Source of the DNA: a virus
DNA length: 64,000 bases
Reading direction: 5' to 3' (one strand)
IMG/VR virus record: IMGVR_UViG_3300030107_006047
Span: 8,061-72,060 of that record
How positions within the stretch are numbered: position 1 is the first letter of the stretch; each line of letters starts with the position of its first letter. This document shows positions 56,447-64,000 of this stretch, in pieces. The notes beneath the pieces are model-generated. The model did not search any database, was not told the DNA's origin, and saw nothing but the letters and a program-made list of their open reading frames with translations. The translations under genes were made by a program, and so were the position numbers.

Positions 56447-56893
56447 ATGGACAAGAAAAAACCGTCATGGGTAGAAGGCCCCCACTTGAGAGGACGCAGG
56501 TTCACAAAGGAAAGAGAGCAGAACAGGAAGGAAAAGATGGAGAAAGCGATCAGTACCTGCGCTGACAAGATCAAGGCAGCTAACCCGTGGGATGAAGCAC
56601 TGATCTTTCCACAGGTGAACGGTGCGGTGAAGGTGGTAGCTAAAAGTGGGAAGTTTGAATTCATCGTGCTTGCCAGCGGACAACTTCATCAACTGCTGAA
56701 CACTGAAGAGCAGTCGTATGAATACTTCGAGTCACTATTTGAGGAACCAGAGCCAGAGGTCGATTGGGTCAACGGTGAGGATGCGAGGATCGCCGCCGCT
56801 GAGTCAGAACAGTGGACCCGGGACAACGATCCAGACGAGCGCTACCATGAGACGAACGACGCGATGGACAGGCTCTCCGATAGCCTGCAGTGA
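56447..56893 (+). CDS. Hypothetical protein, acidic C-terminus
   Basis: AAGGAG RBS; 148 aa. Confidence 0.7.
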   Translation: MDKKKPSWVEGPHLRGRRFTKEREQNRKEKMEKAISTCADKIKAANPWDEALIFPQVNGAVKVVAKSGKFEFIVLASGQLHQLLNTEEQSYEYFESLFEEPEPEVDWVNGEDARIAAAESEQWTRDNDPDERYHETNDAMDRLSDSLQ

Positions 56894-56970
56894 TTCCAGA
56901 CCATTGGGGGCGGGTGAAGGCTCGCCCCTTCTGGCCTGCAATCAGGCAGGATCAAACCCGGAGTAAGACA

Positions 56971-57396
56971 ATGCAACCTACATTCACCCTTTTTCACGCT
57001 GATCACGGTATCACTAAGAAGCAACTGGCCTTCATTCAGGACATGGTAGCCGGACCTCAGACGAACGACGGCTTCTTTATCCAGCAGGTGGTGATCCCCC
57101 AGGAGCTTGGGACTGTACCCTGTGGCCTTCACGGCCCTGTAATGGGAGACAAGCCAGTGACCGGCGAAGAGGTAACACTTGAGGCACGAGGGGATCGCCC
57201 ATGGAAAGACCGTCTTGTACGTCGTGACCCTCGTCAAGTGAGCTACGTTCAAGTCATTGGTATTCGCGACGGTAGCAGCTTTCAACTGTTCACCATCTAC
57301 GGGGGGCCGGTCGCACCTCAAAACCCTAACGACCCGTCGAATAAAGACATTGAAGGGTCAATAACGTTTTGGTCAGAGCATGCCTTGAGCATGTAG
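56971..57396 (+). CDS. Hypothetical protein
   Basis: GGAG RBS; LFTIYGGPVAPQNP...FWSEHAL. Confidence 0.7.
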   Translation: MQPTFTLFHADHGITKKQLAFIQDMVAGPQTNDGFFIQQVVIPQELGTVPCGLHGPVMGDKPVTGEEVTLEARGDRPWKDRLVRRDPRQVSYVQVIGIRDGSSFQLFTIYGGPVAPQNPNDPSNKDIEGSITFWSEHALSM

Positions 57397-57467
57397 GCAG
57401 GGTGGGATTAGGCCCTGTGCGTCCATCACCCTATCGGGTGGTGGGGTTCCCAACTAAGGAGTACGAC

Positions 57468-57860
57468 ATGCGGCTCAGAAATAAGCTCAGAGAGAACACG
57501 CCCGAACTATCCCAGGTCTTTTGCCCCAGGTGCGGAAGGCCCCTGATGTACAAGGATCAAGCCCTCAATGCCCTGTCACGTCGTGACAATAAGACCTACA
57601 TCTGCACTAGCTGCGGAACGAGTGAAGCGGTGAAGGACTATGCCGGCCTGGAAGATGACCTCATGCACTGGAGCTACCCAAGCGAGGGGATCAAGAAGCT
57701 TCTGAGAAAGGACCCCCGGTACAAGGCCGCTCTACTGGAGGAGTTAGAGACAGCCCAGGACAATGAGTCATGGTCTTTCATTCACAATCAAGTGGCCGAC
57801 TATAGAGAGTACAAAGAAGAGCGCGAGACCCTTGAGAAGGAGATTGCCAAGTGTGATTAG
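57468..57860 (+). CDS. Zinc-finger phage protein
   Basis: CPRCG...ALSRRDNKTYICTSCGTSEA; AAGGAG RBS. Confidence 0.75.
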   Translation: MRLRNKLRENTPELSQVFCPRCGRPLMYKDQALNALSRRDNKTYICTSCGTSEAVKDYAGLEDDLMHWSYPSEGIKKLLRKDPRYKAALLEELETAQDNESWSFIHNQVADYREYKEERETLEKEIAKCD

Positions 57861-57886
57861 AGCCACACTCAGCTAGCTCACAGAAG

Positions 57887-57921
57887 AGCCCTCACCTACC
57901 CGTGGGGGCTTTCTTTGTTTT
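57887..57921 (+). terminator. Rho-independent terminator
   Basis: AGCCCTCAC/GTGGGGGCT stem plus TTCTTTGTTTT. Confidence 0.7.
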
Positions 57922-57966
57922 GATCTATGGTGGCTGTCTTAGTAGAGGCTTAGCTCGGAGACCGAT

Positions 57967-58011
57967 AGTGCGAAAAGACACGCTGTGACAGTGTGAAAAG
58001 ACACGCTCGAC
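57967..58011 (+). repeat. Imperfect 23-bp tandem repeat x2
   Basis: AGTGYGAAAAGACACGCT..GAC twice. Confidence 0.75.
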
Positions 58012-58139
58012 AGCAGAGGATCACCCAATACTAAGCCCATGACTTTAGTGTGGAGAGAGCCAGTTCACCGGGGGGGGTGCCATATAGTATGTGCCCGTAC
58101 TTGCTCGGTAGGGTAAGCTTGGTCAGAGGCAGGTTGCTG

Positions 58140-58457
58140 ATGGGTGAAGTCAGAAGAGATGAGTTGAACTCGATAGATGAGGTGGAGATATCTGTCGATG
58201 CATCAAAGGTCTATGACATAGCGCTATCAGCATTGGTGTCTCTCATTACTTTAGAGCTTGAGCTACTCGAAGAGAGAGGCTTTAGGAATGTAGTACTGGA
58301 TGAGAAAGTTGGGATTGATGATGAGGGTGGTGAGCTTGTGGTTTTCGTAACTGTCTGCTCTGCACCACCGGATGATTCAAAGGTTGAGAGTCTTACTTTT
58401 CCAGTAATGTCTGTGGGTAAAAAGCATTGGCGTTGGAAGGGAGAAATAGAGAACTGA
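58140..58457 (+). CDS. Hypothetical protein
   Basis: 105 aa, acidic. Confidence 0.55.
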   Translation: MGEVRRDELNSIDEVEISVDASKVYDIALSALVSLITLELELLEERGFRNVVLDEKVGIDDEGGELVVFVTVCSAPPDDSKVESLTFPVMSVGKKHWRWKGEIEN

Positions 58458-59452
58458 GTGATTGGCTGGTTCTTAGTCAGCTATATCCATCAGGTGGTTT
58501 ACCGGGAGTTGTAGAGGTTCCGGTTGAGCTGGCTTTGTATGAAGAGCTTCGTCGTGAACTGTGTCTTGTTGACACTATCGTTGTGAAGTTCAGTCGCATT
58601 GAGTCTGTTGCTGGCTTGTCATCAGAGTGGTTCTTGGTTGGTGACATTGTCTGTCGATATGTTGGGATGCAAGAAGACTATGCTGATGTGATGCGTCGTC
58701 GTACTGATATGCTCTCGTACCATCATAGGTTTATTGGTCGTGCAGACTGGGACAGGATTGAGAGGACAAGGGCTCTTGCTATAGAACATCATCGTTGGGA
58801 AGTAGACCGTGTGAGAATGGATAGTCAGGATGAGTTCTCTCACAGGAGGTTTGGTCAGACAGTCATCTCTGATCCTTTCGGTAGAACACTTATCTATGTA
58901 GGTCCAAGGTCTATACGCTTCTGGGGTCTACCGTTTGAGCAGATAGATCCAAGAGAACATCGTAGTAAGTTGAAGGCTATACCAGCGTATAGAGTTGCTG
59001 CTGGTTGGTTAGCTATTCGTGTTGGTTTCTATAGAGTCATGGATAGATGGAACAGTCGTGAAGAAGAATCAGTTTGTTCTGGATTAGAGCTATTGTCTGG
59101 AGTCGATGACATTGTTCGTCGTGTCTATGGAATGAGAACAAGATTCAATGACAGACATGGAATGAATGACCGTTGTGTTCAGGTATGGATTCGTAGAAAC
59201 ATTGGTGGGATAGCTGCAAAGAAGAACAGTCCATCAAGAAAGTTCTGGGAAAGAGTCTTTGAAGAAGAAGGTCCAACAGCATCTCCATGGTTGGAGAAGG
59301 TGAGGGATCATGAATGTATGAAGTGGATTCGTTTGAGCTTGTTGGAGTATGAAGAGCTGTTGTCTTACAGCAAGTATTCAGAATGGATTCCTGGTAAGAC
59401 GTATAGAGTGGAGGTGGTTTCCAATGCGAATACACGAACTCGATGGAAGTAG
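58427..59452 (+). CDS. Hypothetical Arg/Trp-rich protein (start uncertain)
   Basis: 341-codon ORF in operon leading to rusA. Confidence 0.65.
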   Translation: MALEGRNRELSDWLVLSQLYPSGGLPGVVEVPVELALYEELRRELCLVDTIVVKFSRIESVAGLSSEWFLVGDIVCRYVGMQEDYADVMRRRTDMLSYHHRFIGRADWDRIERTRALAIEHHRWEVDRVRMDSQDEFSHRRFGQTVISDPFGRTLIYVGPRSIRFWGLPFEQIDPREHRSKLKAIPAYRVAAGWLAIRVGFYRVMDRWNSREEESVCSGLELLSGVDDIVRRVYGMRTRFNDRHGMNDRCVQVWIRRNIGGIAAKKNSPSRKFWERVFEEEGPTASPWLEKVRDHECMKWIRLSLLEYEELLSYSKYSEWIPGKTYRVEVVSNANTRTRWK

Positions 59453-59771
59453 AGAAGAAGAGGTTTATGCTGCTGCTGTTCTACTGGAGTTGCGCTCTGT
59501 GATTTCAGAGATGTATGCATTCTTGAGTAGAGAGTCTTTGACTGATTATCGTTGGAGAACATTGGGTCGTTGGTTGAAGAAGTCTCCTTCTGATTTAGAC
59601 TGGTTATGGCAGCAAGCGATGATGCATAAACGATGGTGGGAAAGAGAAGGTCTTGTTGTTCGTATGCAAGAAGTTGTTCTCTCTCTGAAGGAGCGACTAG
59701 AAGATGTTGAGCAGTCTCCTCCATTGGAGCGTCTTATAGAGCACTTGAATAAACTAGAGGAAATAAGATGA
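59424..59771 (+). CDS. Hypothetical protein
   Basis: GGAGG RBS; ATGA overlap with rusA. Confidence 0.6.
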   Translation: MRIHELDGSREEEVYAAAVLLELRSVISEMYAFLSRESLTDYRWRTLGRWLKKSPSDLDWLWQQAMMHKRWWEREGLVVRMQEVVLSLKERLEDVEQSPPLERLIEHLNKLEEIR

Positions 59772-60202
59772 GTGGTTGGGACTTTGAGGTGGTGATTCCT
59801 GGTAGTCCGATTGGTAAGGGTCGTCCGAGAGGTACGGCTGCTGGTGGATTTGTTCGCTTGTATACACCAAAGAAGACAGCTGATTGGGAGCGTTCTGCAG
59901 CACTGATTGCAAGGAATGCTTGGATGGATGCTCCGTTAGACAAGTGTGCTATTGAGGTAGAAGTTGTAGCTGTGTTTCACCGTCCAAAACGACTGATGCG
60001 CAAGAAAGATCCTGAGGGTAGAGTTCCTCATACAGCTAAGCCAGACATAGATAATGTTGTGAAGTGTGCGCTGGATATGGCGGTAATGGCAGGGGTGATG
60101 AGAGACGACTCATTGGTCTGCAAGGTCTCTGCTAGCAGTTACTACAGCAGCAAGTCTGAGGGACCAAGCTTAGAGTTTAGGGTAAGAACGCTTGACGGCT
60201 AA
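59768..60202 (+). CDS. rusA: RusA-family Holliday junction resolvase
   Basis: PGSPIGKGRPR, YTPKKT, KPDIDNVVK..LD, DDSLV. Confidence 0.9.
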   Translation: MSGWDFEVVIPGSPIGKGRPRGTAAGGFVRLYTPKKTADWERSAALIARNAWMDAPLDKCAIEVEVVAVFHRPKRLMRKKDPEGRVPHTAKPDIDNVVKCALDMAVMAGVMRDDSLVCKVSASSYYSSKSEGPSLEFRVRTLDG

Positions 60203-60281
60203 GCACTATTGAAGTAGAACTTATTTGAATGACCGGCTGTTCTCTCTGGTGATTCAAAGTACTTGTTTGTTGCTTACTCTT

Positions 60282-60322
60282 AAGCCTCCAGATTCCGCAC
60301 GAATCTGGGGGCTTTTTCTTTT
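60282..60322 (+). terminator. Rho-independent terminator
   Basis: AAGCCTCCAGATTC/GAATCTGGGGGCTT stem plus T tract. Confidence 0.8.
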
Positions 60323-60366
60323 CAAGTTGTTCTGACGAGGTATTATTGGACATCTGGAGGGTTTAA

Positions 60367-61551
60367 ATGGCAATGAAGACTCAGTTTGAGATGGACAATC
60401 CTGCCACTAAGCAGGAAGACGCTATGTCTTCTATTGATTCTCGTCGTGTAGCTGAGAACCGTAGAGTCTCGATGCTGCGAGAATACGCGAAAGAAGGTTC
60501 TCCTGGTGGTGGAATGTCGGAGGATATTTTGGAGATTGCTCCTGGTCCATTCAACACGGGTGATGAAGCTCCTGCAGTTAGTCCTCCTAATGATTTGCAA
60601 GACTTAGCAGCGATGCCGCAGGGTTCGTCTATGCGGGACATGGCTCTTGAAGAGCAGGCTCAGGGCGAAATGTCTGGCAGTTTGATTCCTTCTACTCTTG
60701 AAGTTGGTGGAATGCCGGACGATACTGTTCCGTCTGAGGTGTCTTCTCGGTTTAGCGTGGTTGGTCACGGGGAATCCATGACATTTGAGGGTGGTCGAAC
60801 GCCGTCTTCTTCTGGGTTTGCCGTAATTAGTGACAACAATACCGGCGAAACGTTTCCTGTTGTCGGTGGAGAGCAGATTCCTGGTCTTGGGCGGGTTTTG
60901 AGCGTTTCATTGTCTGGTGATGGTGGGCTTGGTGTGGAGGTTCTTAGTGAAGCCGGGCGTGGTCCTGGGACATTCTTCTTACCGCTGGAATCTCGCACAG
61001 TTGCTTCCGATGAAACGGAGCTTTTGTCCTCAATGATGGACGCTGGTCCGTCTGTTGGCATTATGTCTCCATCTCCGGGGTATATGAACGCATCATTGCC
61101 GGAAATGGGCCAGGTTGCGGCTGATATCCTTGGTTTGAACGGACTTACCGATACTCCTGCCGTAGAACCCGGTATGGCCTCCATGACTCCTGGGCAGCGG
61201 GCGGTAATGGGCACCCCAATCGCGCAGGATTACCTTGCCGGAGAGGGTTTGTTGATGGAAACCTTCCCTAAATCTCGAGATTTGGAGATTGAAGCCACTT
61301 TGATGGACAATCTTGGGTACGATGGGGTGAAAGAGCAGTATCTTCCAGAGATTGGACAGGGTTTGAACGCATTTTCGCAGCAACCTGGCATGGCGGTGCG
61401 CCCAATCCAGTATGGAGGGACCGGAGTCGTCAACAATCGGATGGCTCATTGGTTCAATGTTGGCGGAGGAAACCCCGGTGACGTTTGGATTTACTATCCT
61501 GACGCATCTGAGGGTGAAATGGGCAACGCATCGCAAGTTGTTGGGGTGTAA
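60367..61551 (+). CDS. Acidic Gly/Pro/Met-rich hypothetical protein
   Basis: GGAGG RBS; 394 aa. Confidence 0.7.
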   Translation: MAMKTQFEMDNPATKQEDAMSSIDSRRVAENRRVSMLREYAKEGSPGGGMSEDILEIAPGPFNTGDEAPAVSPPNDLQDLAAMPQGSSMRDMALEEQAQGEMSGSLIPSTLEVGGMPDDTVPSEVSSRFSVVGHGESMTFEGGRTPSSSGFAVISDNNTGETFPVVGGEQIPGLGRVLSVSLSGDGGLGVEVLSEAGRGPGTFFLPLESRTVASDETELLSSMMDAGPSVGIMSPSPGYMNASLPEMGQVAADILGLNGLTDTPAVEPGMASMTPGQRAVMGTPIAQDYLAGEGLLMETFPKSRDLEIEATLMDNLGYDGVKEQYLPEIGQGLNAFSQQPGMAVRPIQYGGTGVVNNRMAHWFNVGGGNPGDVWIYYPDASEGEMGNASQVVGV

Positions 61552-61552
61552 T

Positions 61553-61825
61553 GTGGCCAAAAAGCCTTTAACTATTGCGCAGGCGGCAGCCGCTGCGACC
61601 TATATCAACGAAAAGAAGGACGCATTGCCGGAAGGCTTGAGTGCCAACGACTTGATGAAGCAGGCAATGGAAAAGGCTCGGTCCAACATTCTGTCCACAC
61701 AGCCCGGCGAGCTTGGGAAGGACTGGACGAGCACAATCTCGAAGGTCTTCAAGGATCAGTTTAGCCAGCTCGAGGACATGAAGAAGCCGAAGCTTGCGTC
61801 TCCAGTGAAGGTGAAGCGAGGCTAA
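61553..61825 (+). CDS. Hypothetical protein
   Basis: GTG start after previous stop; 90 aa. Confidence 0.6.
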   Translation: MAKKPLTIAQAAAAATYINEKKDALPEGLSANDLMKQAMEKARSNILSTQPGELGKDWTSTISKVFKDQFSQLEDMKKPKLASPVKVKRG

Positions 61826-61902
61826 TGATGAACCCAATCACTTTCTGTATTAGTATACGATTAACTTAGTGCTTCAGACATTACAGACTCAAGGAACAAG
61901 AC

Positions 61903-62262
61903 ATGCCTGATTATAAGAAAAACACAGACGTTCGAAACTCGCCTACCCCTGACGATGCGACTCTGATGAACAACCTCAGGGGACAGCCTGCTGCTCCTTC
62001 AGCACCGCCCCAGGTGCCTGGTGCTACACCAGTGCCCTCCGCTCCTTTTGGTGGTTTGAGCGCTGAGGAAATCGGTCAGCTGCCCTTAGATGATGAGCGC
62101 ATTGGTGTTATTTTTGCTGAAGCCATGACCCCTGGAACAAAACCCCCCGAATACATGGCCGCCATAGTGACTCTGCAGGAAAGACTCCAAGCCAAGCAGA
62201 AAGCCCAGAAAAGATCACGAGCGATCTTTGGCGATAAGCCGGTCCCGCCAGCGAAGCCGTAA
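61903..62262 (+). CDS. Pro-rich hypothetical protein
   Basis: AAGGA RBS; 119 aa. Confidence 0.65.
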   Translation: MPDYKKNTDVRNSPTPDDATLMNNLRGQPAAPSAPPQVPGATPVPSAPFGGLSAEEIGQLPLDDERIGVIFAEAMTPGTKPPEYMAAIVTLQERLQAKQKAQKRSRAIFGDKPVPPAKP

Positions 62263-62264
62263 GC

Positions 62265-62408
62265 GTGCCTTCATCTAAAGAAGACAGGGCGTGGATTTCT
62301 GATAAGATTTCTAAGCTACGCAAAGAGGGCATGCCTGAAAAGCAGGCCGTTGCGGTGGCTTATGACATGAACAAGAAGAGAAGTAAAAGTGGCAGAAAAA
62401 AAAGATGA
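62265..62408 (+). CDS. Small basic phage protein (not in ORF track)
   Basis: ISDKISKLRKEGMPEKQAVAVAY motif, frequent in phage head/packaging regions. Confidence 0.6.
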   Translation: MPSSKEDRAWISDKISKLRKEGMPEKQAVAVAYDMNKKRSKSGRKKR

Positions 62409-64000
62409 CGACTCTGTTCTTGAGGAGTTCCTAACTCCTGTCTTAGAAAATCCTGAAATGGCGGGCATTGTTGGCCCTGCTCTTCTTGCTGGTGGAAAAC
62501 TCTTCGAACCAGAGGGCGAGGAGTGGTTAAAGGATTTTGATGAAGAAAAGGCTCAGGCGTACTTAGAGGAGGCAAAGGCCCTACAAGCAGGAGTGCCTCA
62601 AGAACAAATCGACGCACAAAGGGGCGCTAGTCTTGTAAGAGCGATTCCTAAGGAAGAATACCCAGCAGCAACTTTGGAATCAATTTCAAAGCGTATGTCT
62701 GAGCTAGGAAAAGGCCCCTCCACACACGACTCGGCCATATACCAGCTTGCTTCAGACAGCAGCCTCTGGAACGCGGAGGCCATCCATATCCTTGGTCAAT
62801 CCTTTCCGTATGAAATCTACCTGGCGTCAAAGGGCTTCGCGGACATCCTGAATAATAAGAGCCTGCCTGCAGCAATTCGCTTTGAGGTAAGAGAGCCCAA
62901 GAAGCTTCTCGATCTTCTCTCTGACAGCATAGGAGAAATTGTTAAAGCCCAGGCCCTTGCTGAGGAAGTTGTCAACATTCGTGAAGCCAACCTTCCCGCA
63001 ACATCGTCTGAAGCAGGCAAGCGCGTAAACAGGTTTTTGCTTGAAAAAGAAAGGGAGGCCAAACGGATCTTCTCGGAGGCGATGGCTACACTTGAGAGCC
63101 GCACAGAGGCCTTAAATGTTGAACTGCGATCAATGCAGTCAGAAATGGCTCTACTCTATGAACAGCAGGGGGGCTTCGCTTTTAACAATATGTACTCCGA
63201 GTTGTCCGGGGCGATTGATGATGTTCAAGACATAAGCGACAGGCTTTGGCTAATCTCGGAAAGGTGGACGATGACGAGGGGTGCCGCTTTTGCCAGGATT
63301 GGAACATCTGGAAAAGAGGTAGATGCCGCAACGATGGCAGCGCTTGAGAAGATGTATACGGAGCAGGCTCGTGCCCCGAGGACCGAGCTTCTTCACTGGA
63401 GCGAAGATCCTGAAAAGAGAAAGTTTTTCGATCCTAGTGGAACGCTTGAAACCGCTGAAGATCTTCTTGAGGCGGGCATGGAGTCGCGACCCTATACGCA
63501 AGACCTTTTGGGTGCTTATCAGCAGAAGAGTGACGCTGAAATTCTTGAAGAGCTTCATGGTCACATTCCAAAAGGGTCGCGAGACCTGCCTGAAAACATT
63601 CTGGTCACAAGGTATGGAGACATCATCGCGATGCTTGATGACGGTGCCGATGCTGTTGAACTGCTTGATGAAATCGATGATTTTATTTCTGCGAAATACC
63701 CGAACGCTAAGTTTGCAGGCTATGTCGCGTCTGTTACCCCGCAAACATATTATGACCTGTTTGGATTTTGGCCGAGCGAGCTGCTTACTATCGTCGAGCC
63801 AAACCAGATCACCGATGCGTGGGTCAATGCAATACACGCAGCCATGGTGTCTGAAGGGCACCCCGTCTGGACTCCAGGCCAACAGCCCGATCCCAAGCCA
63901 ACCCCTGGTCGTATAATCGAAGGCCCAACCCAAAAGAAGCTTAATGATGCTGAGCAGGTTTTCTTTCGGGGCGCTTGGGAAAACTGGGCAGATCGAGAAG
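62389..64000 (+). CDS. Large acidic hypothetical protein, 3'-truncated (not in ORF track)
   Basis: Frame 1 read codon by codon is open from GTG 62389 to the window end (about 537 codons). Confidence 0.75.
   Translation, partial: MAEKKDDDSVLEEFLTPVLENPEMAGIVGPALLAGGKLFEPEGEEWLKDFDEEKAQAYLEEAKALQAGVPQEQIDAQRGASLVRAIPKEEYPAATLESISKRMSELGKGPSTHDSAIYQLASDSSLWNAEAIHILGQSFPYEIYLASKGFADILNNKSLPAAIRFEVREPKKLLDLLSDSIGEIVKAQALAEEVVNIREANLPATSSEAGKRVNRFLLEKEREAKRIFSEAMATLESRTEALNVELRSMQSEMALLYEQQGGFAFNNMYSELSGAIDDVQDISDRLWLISERWTMTRGAAFARIGTSGKEVDAATMAALEKMYTEQARAPRTELLHWSEDPEKRKFFDPSGTLETAEDLLEAGMESRPYTQDLLGAYQQKSDAEILEELHGHIPKGSRDLPENILVTRYGDIIAMLDDGADAVELLDEIDDFISAKYPNAKFAGYVASVTPQTYYDLFGFWPSELLTIVEPNQITDAWVNAIHAAMVSEGHPVWTPGQQPDPKPTPGRIIEGPTQKKLNDAEQVFFRGAWENWADRE

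Larger units (their letters stand above)
1..64000. mobile_element. Tailed dsDNA bacteriophage genome segment (podovirus-like morphogenesis module)
   Basis: Capsid, adaptor, nozzle, ejection-type proteins, endolysin, RecT/YqaJ, primase/helicase, RusA in phage-like synteny; dense gene packing; no host housekeeping genes. Confidence 0.95.

Noticed and set aside
63250-63933. ORFs 63250..63933 (-) and 63323..63916 (+)
   Set aside because: Overlap the long open frame-1 gene starting at 62389, which has typical protein composition
1-64000. Stop-codon reassignment
   Set aside because: TAA, TAG and TGA all end genes at tight operon junctions and coding density is high under the standard code

Overview
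The whole window reads as a tailed dsDNA phage genome (Caudoviricetes, probably podovirus-like), standard genetic code, with no recognisable host genes. 1-36.4 kb (+) is the virion and lysis arm: scaffold, HK97-fold major capsid, cement protein, adaptor, nozzle, three related tail proteins, ejection/internal proteins including a 3491-aa polyvalent protein (two HExxH motifs and a LysM domain), small fibre/decoration proteins, holin-like genes, a tandem DUF2589 pair and a PG-binding endolysin. 36.5-49.4 kb (-) is the replication/recombination arm: RecT, YqaJ exonuclease, VapE/VirE-type helicase, TOPRIM primase, tRNA-Asn, N6-adenine methyltransferase, SSB, SF2 helicase and many small ORFs. 49.4-58 kb is a divergently transcribed early-type region with unusually rich non-coding architecture: 16 co-oriented copies of a 16-bp motif in four clusters, tandem TTGACA boxes, a shared promoter-spacer motif and GNRA hairpins before ribosome-binding sites. 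It also holds an ATPase-less paralog of the replicative helicase. 58-64 kb (+) carries a strand-skewed block, RusA and acidic proteins running off the end. I see no terminase, portal, DNA polymerase or integrase here; terminase and portal probably lie just outside the window. The best candidates for a new system are the repeat arrays plus truncated helicase paralog, and the phage-borne DUF2589 pair. All family calls come from motif recognition by eye, not database searches.
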